A DNA stretch of 64,000 nt from an uncultured Eubacteriales bacterium. GTDB taxonomy: Bacteria; Acidobacteriota; Aminicenantia; Aminicenantales; Aminicenantaceae. This document shows, one piece after another, positions 1 to 8,914 of this stretch (the stretch's first letter is position 1; the number at the start of each line of letters is the position of its first letter). Position numbers and translations under genes: made by a program. The notes under the pieces were generated by a model. That model searched no databases. It was not told the origin of the DNA and saw only the letters and a list, made by a program, of their open reading frames with translations. The stretch lies in assembly GCA_964347035.1 (NCBI GenBank), contig CAYFXE010000002.1, positions 17,692-81,691 on the forward strand, in the 5' to 3' direction.

Positions 1-1091
1 GCGGGATCGATCCACGCCCTCTCAGCCACGGGAAGATTGTCTCTTTCGAATCTCCTGAATCTCTACGTGTTCAGGTCGAATTACCGAACAGGGGCCTTCT
101 TTCGGGTATGGGCGTTCCATACGGAGTGACACTGATTGTCGGCGGTGGTTATCATGGGAAATCCACTCTGCTCAAGGCCTTGGAGAACGGGGTCTACAAT
201 CATATCCCGGGTGATGGCAGAGAGTTTGTAGTGACTAACCCGCGTGCTATCAAAATAAGAGCCGAAGACGGAAGACGGATAGAAAAGGTGGACATCTCGC
301 CTTTCATCAACAACCTTCCTTTCGGACAGGGAACCCAAGAATTTTCGACCGATGATGCCAGCGGGAGCACATCCCAAGCAGCAAACACTGTAGAAGCTCT
401 GGAGATAGGGGCCCAGGCGCTTCTCATCGACGAGGATACATCGGCCACCAATTTTATGATCAGGGATCACAGGATGCAGGAACTGGTCTCCAAAGACAGA
501 GAACCGATTACTCCTTTTATCGATAAGATTCGGCATCTTCACCGAGACTTTGGTGTATCTACGATTTTAGTCATCGGTGGTTCCGGGGATTATTTTGATG
601 TGGCCGACTATGTAATCTGTATGATTGAATACAAGCCTTATGATTTGACAAGTGAGGCCCAATCCATCGCAGATAAGTATAAGGCCGAACGCAAGCCCGA
701 AGGGGGAGAACACTTCGGGACGATTACGCACAGGATTCCCCAGTCGCGAAGCTTCGATCCTAGAAGAGGAAAGAGGATGGTCAAGATTTCTGCCAGGGGA
801 TTAAAGTCCATTTTATTCGGCAGACATCACATAGACTTGAGTGCAGTCGAGCAGTTAGTTGACTCGAGTCAAACAAAAGCAATAGGGGAAGCCATCTACT
901 ATGCTATGAGATACATGGATGGACGAAAGAACTTAGGAGATGTTATAGAGTCTGTTCTCGATGATATAGATAAAAAGGGGCTTGATGTGTTGAGCCCTGA
1001 ACCTGTGGGAGATTTTGCCCTGTTTAGGAGACTAGAACTGGCCGCAGCGATCAATCGTCTCCGGACTCTATATATCATTCAGGAGAAATAG
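1..1091 (+). CDS. ABC-class ATPase family protein (PF09818-like); 5' end lies outside the window
   Basis: The frame is open from base 3 with no stop. It carries the P-loop 'GGGYHGKST' and the 'LLIDEDTSATNFMIRD' and 'GGSGDYFDVAD' blocks typical of the 'predicted ATPase of the ABC class' family. Confidence 0.85.
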   Translation, partial: GIDPRPLSHGKIVSFESPESLRVQVELPNRGLLSGMGVPYGVTLIVGGGYHGKSTLLKALENGVYNHIPGDGREFVVTNPRAIKIRAEDGRRIEKVDISPFINNLPFGQGTQEFSTDDASGSTSQAANTVEALEIGAQALLIDEDTSATNFMIRDHRMQELVSKDREPITPFIDKIRHLHRDFGVSTILVIGGSGDYFDVADYVICMIEYKPYDLTSEAQSIADKYKAERKPEGGEHFGTITHRIPQSRSFDPRRGKRMVKISARGLKSILFGRHHIDLSAVEQLVDSSQTKAIGEAIYYAMRYMDGRKNLGDVIESVLDDIDKKGLDVLSPEPVGDFALFRRLELAAAINRLRTLYIIQEK

Positions 1092-1262
1092 CTGCTTTAT
1101 CGTCCTTTTTCCGACGTGGTTTGTGAAAAATATTCGTTACTATAAACTTTCAATTAACGGGTTGAATAAAAAAACAAACAATAAATTTTACTAAATCTAT
1201 AGGAAATATTATAATATTATTTTAGCAAAACCTCTTAAAAAGTACCCTAAAAGGAGGTTAAA

Positions 1263-1841
1263 ATGAAACTTTTAAGGGTAACAATTCTCATTCTGTTACT
1301 TTGTATAGTGGCCTCTGCAGATACAGAATACCTGGGCAACTATGTTTACTCTAATGATGACGAACTGATCAATATCGTTGCCGATGCCGTTTTGGCCGTC
1401 CGCAATATGGACAATCCCTACTTGATGTTTGTTCTGTACATGACTGTCGATGAGAATGTGAGTGCCACAGTCGAACGTAAAGATGTCGTTCTTGTTTATA
1501 AGGACAAGGAATACAAGATGCCCTCAGTAGAAGAATTGCGCAAGAACTACAGCGGGGATACCCGTGACATGAGGATTTACCAGAGTACGATTAAGTCTAC
1601 CCTGGCCTTGTCCCAAATTCGTTTTTACCGTTTCCCGCTGTTTCAAGATTTCTTCCCGACCAGAACTCAGGCTACAACAGCTGTCGATCAGGGCTCCATG
1701 ACCCAATTCATCGGGTTCCGAACCAAAGTCTATTTCAAGAATCCGGGGATCAAAGAAGGTGATATTGTCGTCATCAAGGTCAAGGATAAGAAAGATCCAG
1801 AAATCTACGGAGCTGTTGCAGTTCAGTTTAAGAAAGACTAA
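1263..1841 (+). CDS. secreted protein of unknown function
   Basis: A Shine-Dalgarno (SD) site AAGGAGG lies just upstream of the ATG. The N-terminus is a signal peptide, MKLLRVTILILLLCIVASA. No family was recognised. Confidence 0.6.
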   Translation: MKLLRVTILILLLCIVASADTEYLGNYVYSNDDELINIVADAVLAVRNMDNPYLMFVLYMTVDENVSATVERKDVVLVYKDKEYKMPSVEELRKNYSGDTRDMRIYQSTIKSTLALSQIRFYRFPLFQDFFPTRTQATTAVDQGSMTQFIGFRTKVYFKNPGIKEGDIVVIKVKDKKDPEIYGAVAVQFKKD

Positions 1842-1880
1842 GCCTAACGATAAACTTCAGGCGAGCCTGAGGCTCTCGGG

Positions 1881-2978
1881 TTAGGGATTCAGATCAGAAA
1901 CCTGAGCCATCGGGCTCTCCTTGTTTATTTCTTGGCTGTTGCTCTCGATCCGCTGTTTCTTCATCGGGGTGATCACCAACACAAAAGCCAGAGCCAAAAA
2001 AATAAGCGCCATCAGGGGGAAGACATACCAGGCCATCCTGCTTAATGAGGAATGTCTATCAGATCTGCTGAGTTTCGTCCTCCGGTCCTCCAACGGGGCC
2101 CCTACCAGGAGCATACCCAGTAGGGAAACAAAACAAGAAGAAAGGACTAAAGCCACGCCGTTCGCAACGTCCTCGATATTCCGTCCTGCAAACCCGAGAA
2201 GAACCTGGATGAATCCCATGAATGATCCTATCAATCCTGTCAGCGCAAAACTTAAAGTCCATGTTCTTCCGGATGAGGAATGATTTACGAACAGAACGAT
2301 GATGAGTGTTCCTCCCAGGACGACCAGAAGCGCGGGCCAATTTGCAATCCATTCCCAAGGTTTGAAGAGTGGGTAAGTGTTAGACAGGGAAGGTTTGATG
2401 ATTATCCATGAAACGACAGCGACAAAAAGGACGTATCCGATGATATGTTCGATCCGAAACGGTGATAGCGAATCATATGCCTGCGTTTTGTGAATGTCTT
2501 TTGTCTCCTCTCGCCGTTTGTCATTAAGCTCGATCGTTAATTTCCAGGCAGGTACCAGACAGATGACGGCCAGGATCATCCCGTAAACAGCGGGGATAAA
2601 AGAGATGGCCATGCGGGAGGCAGCGCCGGCTATCCCGCCTTGAGAGCTGGAGAGGGCCAAGACAAAATAGATGACACTTCCCACCACCCCCAGCATCCAA
2701 CCATTCCGGCTGGCGGATTCCCAGAAGAGTGTGGATTTTTGAATGTCCTTTTCAGAACCGGACACTCCAGCCGCATGTCTAAAAGCGGCTCCGATTTCAG
2801 GACCGGTAAAGCTCATCAAGACCGTGGCTACGACTCCTAAAAGGACAAAGATAAGACCATGTCCCTCCATAAAGTCGGCAAATCTTCCGGAGATGAGGAT
2901 AACCGCAATCAATAAGGCCACGATCAGTATTTTTCCCAAGATAACAAATAATCTTTTTTGATTTATTCGAGGTGACAT
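1881..2978 (-). CDS. polytopic membrane protein, possibly two MotA/TolQ/ExbB-like channel halves in tandem
   Basis: Multiple hydrophobic helices. Two internal segments ('AISFIPAVYGMILAVICLVPAWKL' and 'SCFVSLLGMLLVGAPLEDR') resemble the conserved C-terminal helix pair of MotA/ExbB proteins. The assignment is weak. Confidence 0.4.
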   Translation of the reverse strand: MSPRINQKRLFVILGKILIVALLIAVILISGRFADFMEGHGLIFVLLGVVATVLMSFTGPEIGAAFRHAAGVSGSEKDIQKSTLFWESASRNGWMLGVVGSVIYFVLALSSSQGGIAGAASRMAISFIPAVYGMILAVICLVPAWKLTIELNDKRREETKDIHKTQAYDSLSPFRIEHIIGYVLFVAVVSWIIIKPSLSNTYPLFKPWEWIANWPALLVVLGGTLIIVLFVNHSSSGRTWTLSFALTGLIGSFMGFIQVLLGFAGRNIEDVANGVALVLSSCFVSLLGMLLVGAPLEDRRTKLSRSDRHSSLSRMAWYVFPLMALIFLALAFVLVITPMKKQRIESNSQEINKESPMAQVSDLNP

Positions 2979-3011
2979 TCCTGCCTCCTTTCTAGTTTTG
3001 TTAATGGTTCT

Positions 3012-3914
3012 TCAAACACCCTGATCCTCCCTTAAGATTTTAGGGATCATGATTCGGGAAGACATGGGTTGATTCCAGTTAAAATGAGCCTGCATGACCA
3101 ATCGTCCTTTTTCGCCGGTTTTAATAGATTCTGAAAGAAATTTTTTGATCTTCAGGGGTAGGTAGGTGCTCAGGTCAACGGTCATCTCTAAAACAGCTTT
3201 TTCTTCCTGATTGGTGAAGATAATAAGGCCTCTTCCAGGCTTATCTGTCTGTTTTAACTGACTCAACTGCCATCTTCCGTACATGCTTTCTGCCAGTTCC
3301 TCGGGGGTCACCAGCCATAACACTGGCCTGAATGCCGCATCTGTGATTTTCCAGACACTCTCAGCTTTTTCTGCTGTGTTTTTGATGTGATCGACGATGA
3401 TAATCCTCGTCTCCGAGATCCAGAGTGTTTTGTTGATTTTGTCAGTCTGTTGTGCGTCTATTCTGGTCAGGTTGGGAGAGCGCCATCGGATAGAGTAAGA
3501 GAGAGGAAGGCCGTCTTCAGTCGGAATTTCCAGCTTACATACCATGGTTTCGGTATGGCGCACCCGATCCGTTACCGAGATAGATGTGTTAAGCACAGAG
3601 ACTGTATCAGCGAGGACACTGCGGTGTCCGGTGAGCTGCAGGGCCCCGCCTGAAACCAGCATCAGAACCGAGGCACCAGCTAGAATTTCTTTTCTGAATA
3701 CCCCGCCAAGCCAGGGCCATACTCTGGACTGTGAGAGATTCGTCCAGAGTAGTCTAAGATTCAAGCGTCGTGTCAGTTTAGACTCTTCGATCTCTTTCCT
3801 GAATCTGGAAATGTGTTCCTTCATCCTCTTTTCTAACTCTGGAGGAAGGTCATCTTTTAAGACGTGTTTGATCAAGTTATCTGTTTCTTGTTGATGGGAT
3901 GTTTCTTTTTTCAT
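3012..3914 (-). CDS. putative membrane-anchored anti-sigma partner of the upstream ECF sigma factor
   Basis: Its start overlaps the sigma-factor stop (ATGA at 3911-3914). It has a single TM helix ('ILAGASVLMLVSGGALQL') between a charged N-terminal segment and a large C-terminal domain. Confidence 0.45.
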   Translation of the reverse strand: MKKETSHQQETDNLIKHVLKDDLPPELEKRMKEHISRFRKEIEESKLTRRLNLRLLWTNLSQSRVWPWLGGVFRKEILAGASVLMLVSGGALQLTGHRSVLADTVSVLNTSISVTDRVRHTETMVCKLEIPTEDGLPLSYSIRWRSPNLTRIDAQQTDKINKTLWISETRIIIVDHIKNTAEKAESVWKITDAAFRPVLWLVTPEELAESMYGRWQLSQLKQTDKPGRGLIIFTNQEEKAVLEMTVDLSTYLPLKIKKFLSESIKTGEKGRLVMQAHFNWNQPMSSRIMIPKILREDQGV

Positions 3915-4528
3915 TCGGATGCCTCCTGTGAAGGAGTTGATAATAAATGAGCGAGCCGCTGGCTCAAGCGCTTTCGCCCCCTTGCCACATGGATTCTTGC
4001 TGTTATTTCACTGCAGTTCATCGCCTGGGCGATAACGTCATAAGGCAGCTCTTGGACAATCCTCATCAGCACAGCCACAGCCTGTTGCCTCGGAAGCTTG
4101 CTTATAGCGTTGAGGATTTCATGTTTCATTTCCTTTCCTTCCAAATCTTGGTAAAAAGTTTCTTCGGATGACGGTGAGAATTTTTGAATGAATACTGGGT
4201 CCTTAAACTTTTGAGATCTCCTGGTCTTTCTCAGAGAATCGTACGCGGCATTCAAGCAAATTTTTAAGATCAAAGCCTGAGGATGCGGGTGGCGTTGGAT
4301 TCGTTCCAACTTCTTCCAGATGATGGTGAGGGCCTCTTGCAGAGTATCCTCAGCCATTTGCGGATGGCGCACAACTCGCCATATGGTGCGCATCATTTGG
4401 GATTCTACGGGGACTATCAACTGTTCATAGACTGTTGTTTTGCTCGTCACATGGAACTCCAGTTGACATTCTCGAAGAAGTGTTGTGTTAAGTGGTCTAT
4501 CATTTGAAGGGACTACAGTAAAATACAT
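3911..4528 (-). CDS. ECF-type sigma-70 family RNA polymerase sigma factor
   Basis: Region 2 reads 'AEDTLQEALTIIWKKL' and region 4 HTH reads 'LPYDVIAQAMNCSEITARIHVARGRKRL'. The true start may be the GTG at 4450, which has GGAG 7 nt upstream. Confidence 0.8.
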   Translation of the reverse strand: MYFTVVPSNDRPLNTTLLRECQLEFHVTSKTTVYEQLIVPVESQMMRTIWRVVRHPQMAEDTLQEALTIIWKKLERIQRHPHPQALILKICLNAAYDSLRKTRRSQKFKDPVFIQKFSPSSEETFYQDLEGKEMKHEILNAISKLPRQQAVAVLMRIVQELPYDVIAQAMNCSEITARIHVARGRKRLSQRLAHLLSTPSQEASE

Positions 4529-4576
4529 TTTTCGTCATATTAGTAACCGTTCCAAGAGACAGAATTGTTTACGTCT

Positions 4577-4659
4577 AATTGGGGTCAGACCTTCATAACT
4601 TTCATAATTGAATATGGAACTTTACATAACTATAAAAGTTATGAAGGCCTGACCCAATT
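4577..4659. repeat. ~82-bp hairpin (REP/MITE-like) element, copy 1
   Basis: Sequence AATTGGGGTCAGACCTTCATAACTT...AAGTTATGAAGGCCTGACCCAATT, with ~21-nt inverted arms. It is near-identical to the copy at 5267-5348. Confidence 0.85.
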
Positions 4660-4758
4660 TTGACACAAAAAACCGAAAGGAGTAAACAAGGATCATATCG
4701 TGAACGGTTACAGTTATGGATATACAGCAAAATGTCCTACTCGTATTTGGAGGTCAAA

Positions 4759-5259
4759 ATGAGAAAAAAAATGTCTATTTTCCTGTCGGTGGCTTTATTT
4801 TTATTTTTATCATGCCAGACAAAAGCAACAACAGACATAGGACAAATTGAGACGAAGATCCAAATGGCGACTAAATACCTTCTTGGCCCAGCCGGACCCG
4901 GAGAAGACGCTAAGGAAGGGTTTAAGTTGCTCGTGGCAGCGATCGAGATGGCTTCTTTAGAGGCGGAATTTCCGTCAGAGTTCAGAGAGAAAATATCAGA
5001 GGCTCGAGGGCTTTTCGAGTCAAACTCTATCTTCGATCAAAAAGGCATCGATCTACTCAACGAGTCTTATTTTTTAGTGAACGACGGGGTGGGATTTCAG
5101 ATGCCAGAGAGTATATCCAGCATCGAACAGGCTGTAGAGTATGCCCGTCAACAAATCGATTCGGCTCGGGAGAATCTCAAGAAAGGAGAGGTCGGTGAAT
5201 GCGCCCGCGGCCTTCTCGAGGTCGCTCTGATAGTCGTGACCCCGATGATTCAGAAATAA
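4759..5259 (+). CDS. small lipoprotein of unknown function
   Basis: GGAGG lies 5 nt upstream of the ATG at 4759. Signal peptide with lipobox 'LFLSC'. The longer ORF-track start at 4660 would run through the repeat element. Confidence 0.6.
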   Translation: MRKKMSIFLSVALFLFLSCQTKATTDIGQIETKIQMATKYLLGPAGPGEDAKEGFKLLVAAIEMASLEAEFPSEFREKISEARGLFESNSIFDQKGIDLLNESYFLVNDGVGFQMPESISSIEQAVEYARQQIDSARENLKKGEVGECARGLLEVALIVVTPMIQK

Positions 5260-5266
5260 TTGGAAT

Positions 5267-5348
5267 AATTGGGGTCAGACCTTCATAACTTTCATAATTG
5301 AATATGAAACTCTATATAAATATAAAAGTTATGAAGGTCTGACCCCAA
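5267..5348. repeat. ~82-bp hairpin (REP/MITE-like) element, copy 2
   Basis: It has the same termini and orientation as 4577-4659 and lies between convergent genes. Confidence 0.85.
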
Positions 5349-5363
5349 CTGTAACTGGTATAT

Positions 5364-8300
5364 TTATTTCTTCTTCTTGGAGACGCGGTCGATGGGTGCT
5401 GGACGCGGCATGTGTTTAACAGGATACTTTTCGAGAAGCTTCAAGGCTTCCGTGACGGCGCGCTCGAGCTGTGGGTCCTGCCCCTTTATAACTAAAGCCG
5501 GAGTCATCTCGACATCGATATCAGGGGGAACGCCCTCATTCTCAACGGCCCACTTGCCTTCGATGCTGTAGAAAGCGAGATTGGGGGAAGAGATGAACCC
5601 GCCGTCGATGAGAATGACGCCACCATGATGGCCGACCAGGCCACCCCAGGTCCTCTTGCCGATCAACGGACCGATCTTCCTGAACCGGAAGTAATAGGGG
5701 AGAGCATCGCCTCCAGAGCCGGCATATTCGTTTATCAGCATTACCTTGGGACCGAAGATCTGAGCCATCGGGGTGGTAAACTCCTGCCCATCACGGGTGG
5801 CAAAGTAGTTCATCAGAGGCCGGGCCATCAAATCAACGAAGTAATCGGCCGCATATCCTCCACCGTTAAACCTTTCATCGATAACCGCTCCCTGCTTGTT
5901 CTGCTGGGCGAAATAATAGCGGTTGAAATACACATAGCCGGTCCCGGCTGTATTCGGGAGGTAGACATAGGCCAGCTTTCCGCCAGACATTTTGTCGACT
6001 TTGCGGCGGTTGTTCTCCACCCAAGCTCGGGCTCTCAACTGCATTTCGCTTCGGGCAGGTACGACTGTGATGAGTCGTGATCCTTCCCTGGTCGGCTTGT
6101 CGTTAACTCGGATTGATGTCTGTTTTCCGGCTGTACCTTCGAAGAGCTCATAGAAGTTTGTCGGCGGCTTGAGTTCGAGTCCGTTCACTTCCAGGATATA
6201 ATCTCCTTCTGATACCTTCAATCCGGGAGCAGTCAGAGGTGCCCGTAGCTCAGGATTCCAATTCTCACCCGTATATATTCTCTTGATCCTGTAATACTCA
6301 TTCTCAATGACGTAATCGGCACCGAGCAGACCGACAGGAACAGACTCAACTCTCGGCAACACTCCGCCTCCGGCGCCAGAATGACCGATGGTCAGCTCAC
6401 CGATGAGGTTACGCAGGATGTAACTTAAATCTGACCGGTGAGCCACATGGTCGAGGAATGGTTCGTACTTTTTGTACACCGCTTCCCAGTCTGCCCCGTG
6501 CATCTGGGCGTCATACAGAAAATCGCGGTTAATCCGCCAAGCCTCACGGTAGATTTGCTTCCATTCAGCGACCGGGTCCACTTTTGCCTTGAGATCAGCT
6601 GTCTTTAGCTTCCCGTCTCCGACTTTGGCCTTGCCTTTAGTATCGACGATTCCGTAAGTATCCCGAGCCCTATACAGAAGCTTATTCCCATCGGCAGAAA
6701 TCGAATAACCGTTGATTCCGGACATGAAGGGCTTGGATTCTCTCTCTTTCAGGTCGTACCAGTGAAGGGAAAGTCCTCTTTGATTGGGTATGCTTTCAGC
6801 ATAGAAGAAAATCCCCTCTGTGGCTGCCTTCAACTGGCTGTAATTCCTCAGAGGGATGTCGACGGCGAGGATGCGCTGGTCGATTCCTTCCAGGTCGATA
6901 ACCACTGTGGGTTCTTCTGTTTTTTCTTTATCCTTTTCTTTCTCTTTTTCTTTCCCTTTATCTTTTGGCTCTTTTTCTTCTTTTTTCTCTTCTTTCTTGT
7001 CCTTTTCCTCATCGCTTTCAGGAAGCAGCGGAGAAGGATCTTTGGCATTGAGGGTGATTAAGTAAATACCATAGGTGTATGGACGTTCTATGGATGACAT
7101 GTCCAACCAGCCAGTGCTTAGAGCATAATTAGTACTGGCCAGGAAATAAAGATACTTTCCTCCCTTATCAAAGGCCGGAGAGATGGCATCGGAGAGTCCA
7201 TTGGTAACCTGGTAGGATTCTGCTTTTTCAAGAGAATAGAAGAAAATGGCGTGCAGATGGTTTTTCAGACGCTTGGAATAGACGATCCATTTCGAGTCGG
7301 GTGACCAGATGTGATCGAGCGAACGATAAGGATGATCATACGTGTCCTTGTCAATTTTATTCGCCTTTCCAGTAGCCACATCGATATACCAGAGATTGAG
7401 GCGCTTGTCGGCGAAGGCTATCTTTTTCGAATCAGGAGACCAAACAGGTTGATAGTAGAAGGAGGGGTTCTCTAAAGAAATGCGTTTCGGTGCTTTAACG
7501 CCTTTCTGATCGACAATCATCAATCCGTATTCATCACCTTGGTCAGAAAACCAGGCGATTTTTTGCCCATCGGGCGACCAAGATGGAAAGCGATCGTTAG
7601 TCCCAGAGGTCTTGGTCAAGTTGCGGTAATCTCCTTTTTTAGCCGGGACAGTATAAATATCACCTCTCGCCTCAAAAACAGCTCTGACCCCCGTGGGCGA
7701 TATGTCTCCGCTGAATATCAGGCGGGAGACGTCTGCAAAATGGACCCTCCGTCCTGGAAGGTCGCCCTTGATTTCCACCTGAAGCTTGGTTGTCTTACTG
7801 GTTTCAGGGTCGAAAAGATGAAGGTAACCAGCCTGTTCGTACACCACAGCATTCCCCCCTGCGCTGGCCCTCTTGATGTCGAAATCCTCGTGAAACGTGA
7901 GCTGCTTCACGTCTTTGGTCTTCGTGTCGTAAGAAAAGAGGTTCATCGTATGGTTGCGGTCAGAGATGAAATAGACCTTATCCCCCATCCACATAGGATC
8001 AGTATCGTTGCTGTTGTCGCGGGGAATTTTTTCGAGTTCAAAGTCGTCAAGATCGATTAGCCATACGGCCGATGTCGTCCCTCCTCTGTAATGCCGCCAG
8101 GCGCCGAAGACTTCCACGACTCGGACATAGGCCAGACGCTGACCATCAGGCGAATAGGCTCCTTTATAGGCCATCGGCAATGCTAGAGGCTCGGGCATGC
8201 CGCCTTCGGTGGAAATTGTCCATAATCTGGTGAAAGGCACAGGAGCTGTGTCCCTTGTAGAGGCGAACAGAATGCGCTTTCCATCAGGCGTCCAGCCTCT

Positions 8301-8639
8301 GACCATGTCGGGAGATGGATGGTAAGTCAGACGCTTGGGTTCGCCTCCGTCGGTAGAGACGACAAAAACATCGACGTTTCCGTCGTACTGACCCGAAAAG
8401 GCTATGTGCCGACCGTCGGGTGAAAACACAGGACTAGCCTCAGTTCCGATATGGGTGGTGAGCCTTCTGGCATCACCTCCGGATCGTGAGACTATCCAGA
8501 GATCGTTGGCGTACACAAAAGCCACCAGGTCTTTGCTCACAGCCGGTTCACGAAGCAAACGAGCCTCTTCGGCAAAGGCTGGATGAGCTAGTAATACCAA
8601 CACCAGGATAAAAATTAGAAAAAGATCTTTTTTAGGCAT
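5364..8639 (-). CDS. tricorn-like periplasmic protease (beta-propellers + PDZ + S41 peptidase core)
   Basis: Signal peptide, then 'DLWIVSRSGGDARRLT' and repeated 'SPDG' TolB-like blades. A PDZ-like 'GDYILEVNG' follows, then the C-terminal S41 blocks 'NGGGYAADYF' and 'YAGSGGDALP'. Confidence 0.85.
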   Translation of the reverse strand: MPKKDLFLIFILVLVLLAHPAFAEEARLLREPAVSKDLVAFVYANDLWIVSRSGGDARRLTTHIGTEASPVFSPDGRHIAFSGQYDGNVDVFVVSTDGGEPKRLTYHPSPDMVRGWTPDGKRILFASTRDTAPVPFTRLWTISTEGGMPEPLALPMAYKGAYSPDGQRLAYVRVVEVFGAWRHYRGGTTSAVWLIDLDDFELEKIPRDNSNDTDPMWMGDKVYFISDRNHTMNLFSYDTKTKDVKQLTFHEDFDIKRASAGGNAVVYEQAGYLHLFDPETSKTTKLQVEIKGDLPGRRVHFADVSRLIFSGDISPTGVRAVFEARGDIYTVPAKKGDYRNLTKTSGTNDRFPSWSPDGQKIAWFSDQGDEYGLMIVDQKGVKAPKRISLENPSFYYQPVWSPDSKKIAFADKRLNLWYIDVATGKANKIDKDTYDHPYRSLDHIWSPDSKWIVYSKRLKNHLHAIFFYSLEKAESYQVTNGLSDAISPAFDKGGKYLYFLASTNYALSTGWLDMSSIERPYTYGIYLITLNAKDPSPLLPESDEEKDKKEEKKEEKEPKDKGKEKEKEKDKEKTEEPTVVIDLEGIDQRILAVDIPLRNYSQLKAATEGIFFYAESIPNQRGLSLHWYDLKERESKPFMSGINGYSISADGNKLLYRARDTYGIVDTKGKAKVGDGKLKTADLKAKVDPVAEWKQIYREAWRINRDFLYDAQMHGADWEAVYKKYEPFLDHVAHRSDLSYILRNLIGELTIGHSGAGGGVLPRVESVPVGLLGADYVIENEYYRIKRIYTGENWNPELRAPLTAPGLKVSEGDYILEVNGLELKPPTNFYELFEGTAGKQTSIRVNDKPTREGSRLITVVPARSEMQLRARAWVENNRRKVDKMSGGKLAYVYLPNTAGTGYVYFNRYYFAQQNKQGAVIDERFNGGGYAADYFVDLMARPLMNYFATRDGQEFTTPMAQIFGPKVMLINEYAGSGGDALPYYFRFRKIGPLIGKRTWGGLVGHHGGVILIDGGFISSPNLAFYSIEGKWAVENEGVPPDIDVEMTPALVIKGQDPQLERAVTEALKLLEKYPVKHMPRPAPIDRVSKKKK

Positions 8640-8854
8640 GATGCTCTCCCTTGATTGAATTTCTCTTGAGTTGAGATAATCACTTTTTCATGATGGAGAA
8701 TAAAATATCATAGTAGAATACGTGGTTTAATACAAAAGTTTTTATATATATAAAAAAAGGGGCTATCTTGGACAGAGACAGCAACCAAGAAATTGTTGAT
8801 CTATTCAAGGAGTTCGCTTTTCTATTCGAGATTTTCGCTTTGTGTCTTTCTCCT

Positions 8855-8905
8855 GTCATTCCTGCGGAAGCAGGAATCCAGCCTGTCCCTGCACAAGCAG
8901 GGATC
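8855..8905. repeat. GTCATTCCTGCG-type short hairpin repeats (2 units)
   Basis: GTCATTCCTGCGGAAGCAGGAATCCAG followed by CCTGTCCCTGCACAAGCAGGGATC. The same family occurs at 22394, 31891 and 46424. Confidence 0.8.
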
Positions 8906-8914
8906 TAATACCTC

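Noticed and set aside
4577-5348. Integron gene cassette with attC sites flanking the 4759 lipoprotein gene.
   Set aside because: The hairpins lack the RYYYAAC/GTTRRRY core sites, and no integrase or attI is nearby. The observation is kept only as a generic repeat-flanked gene.
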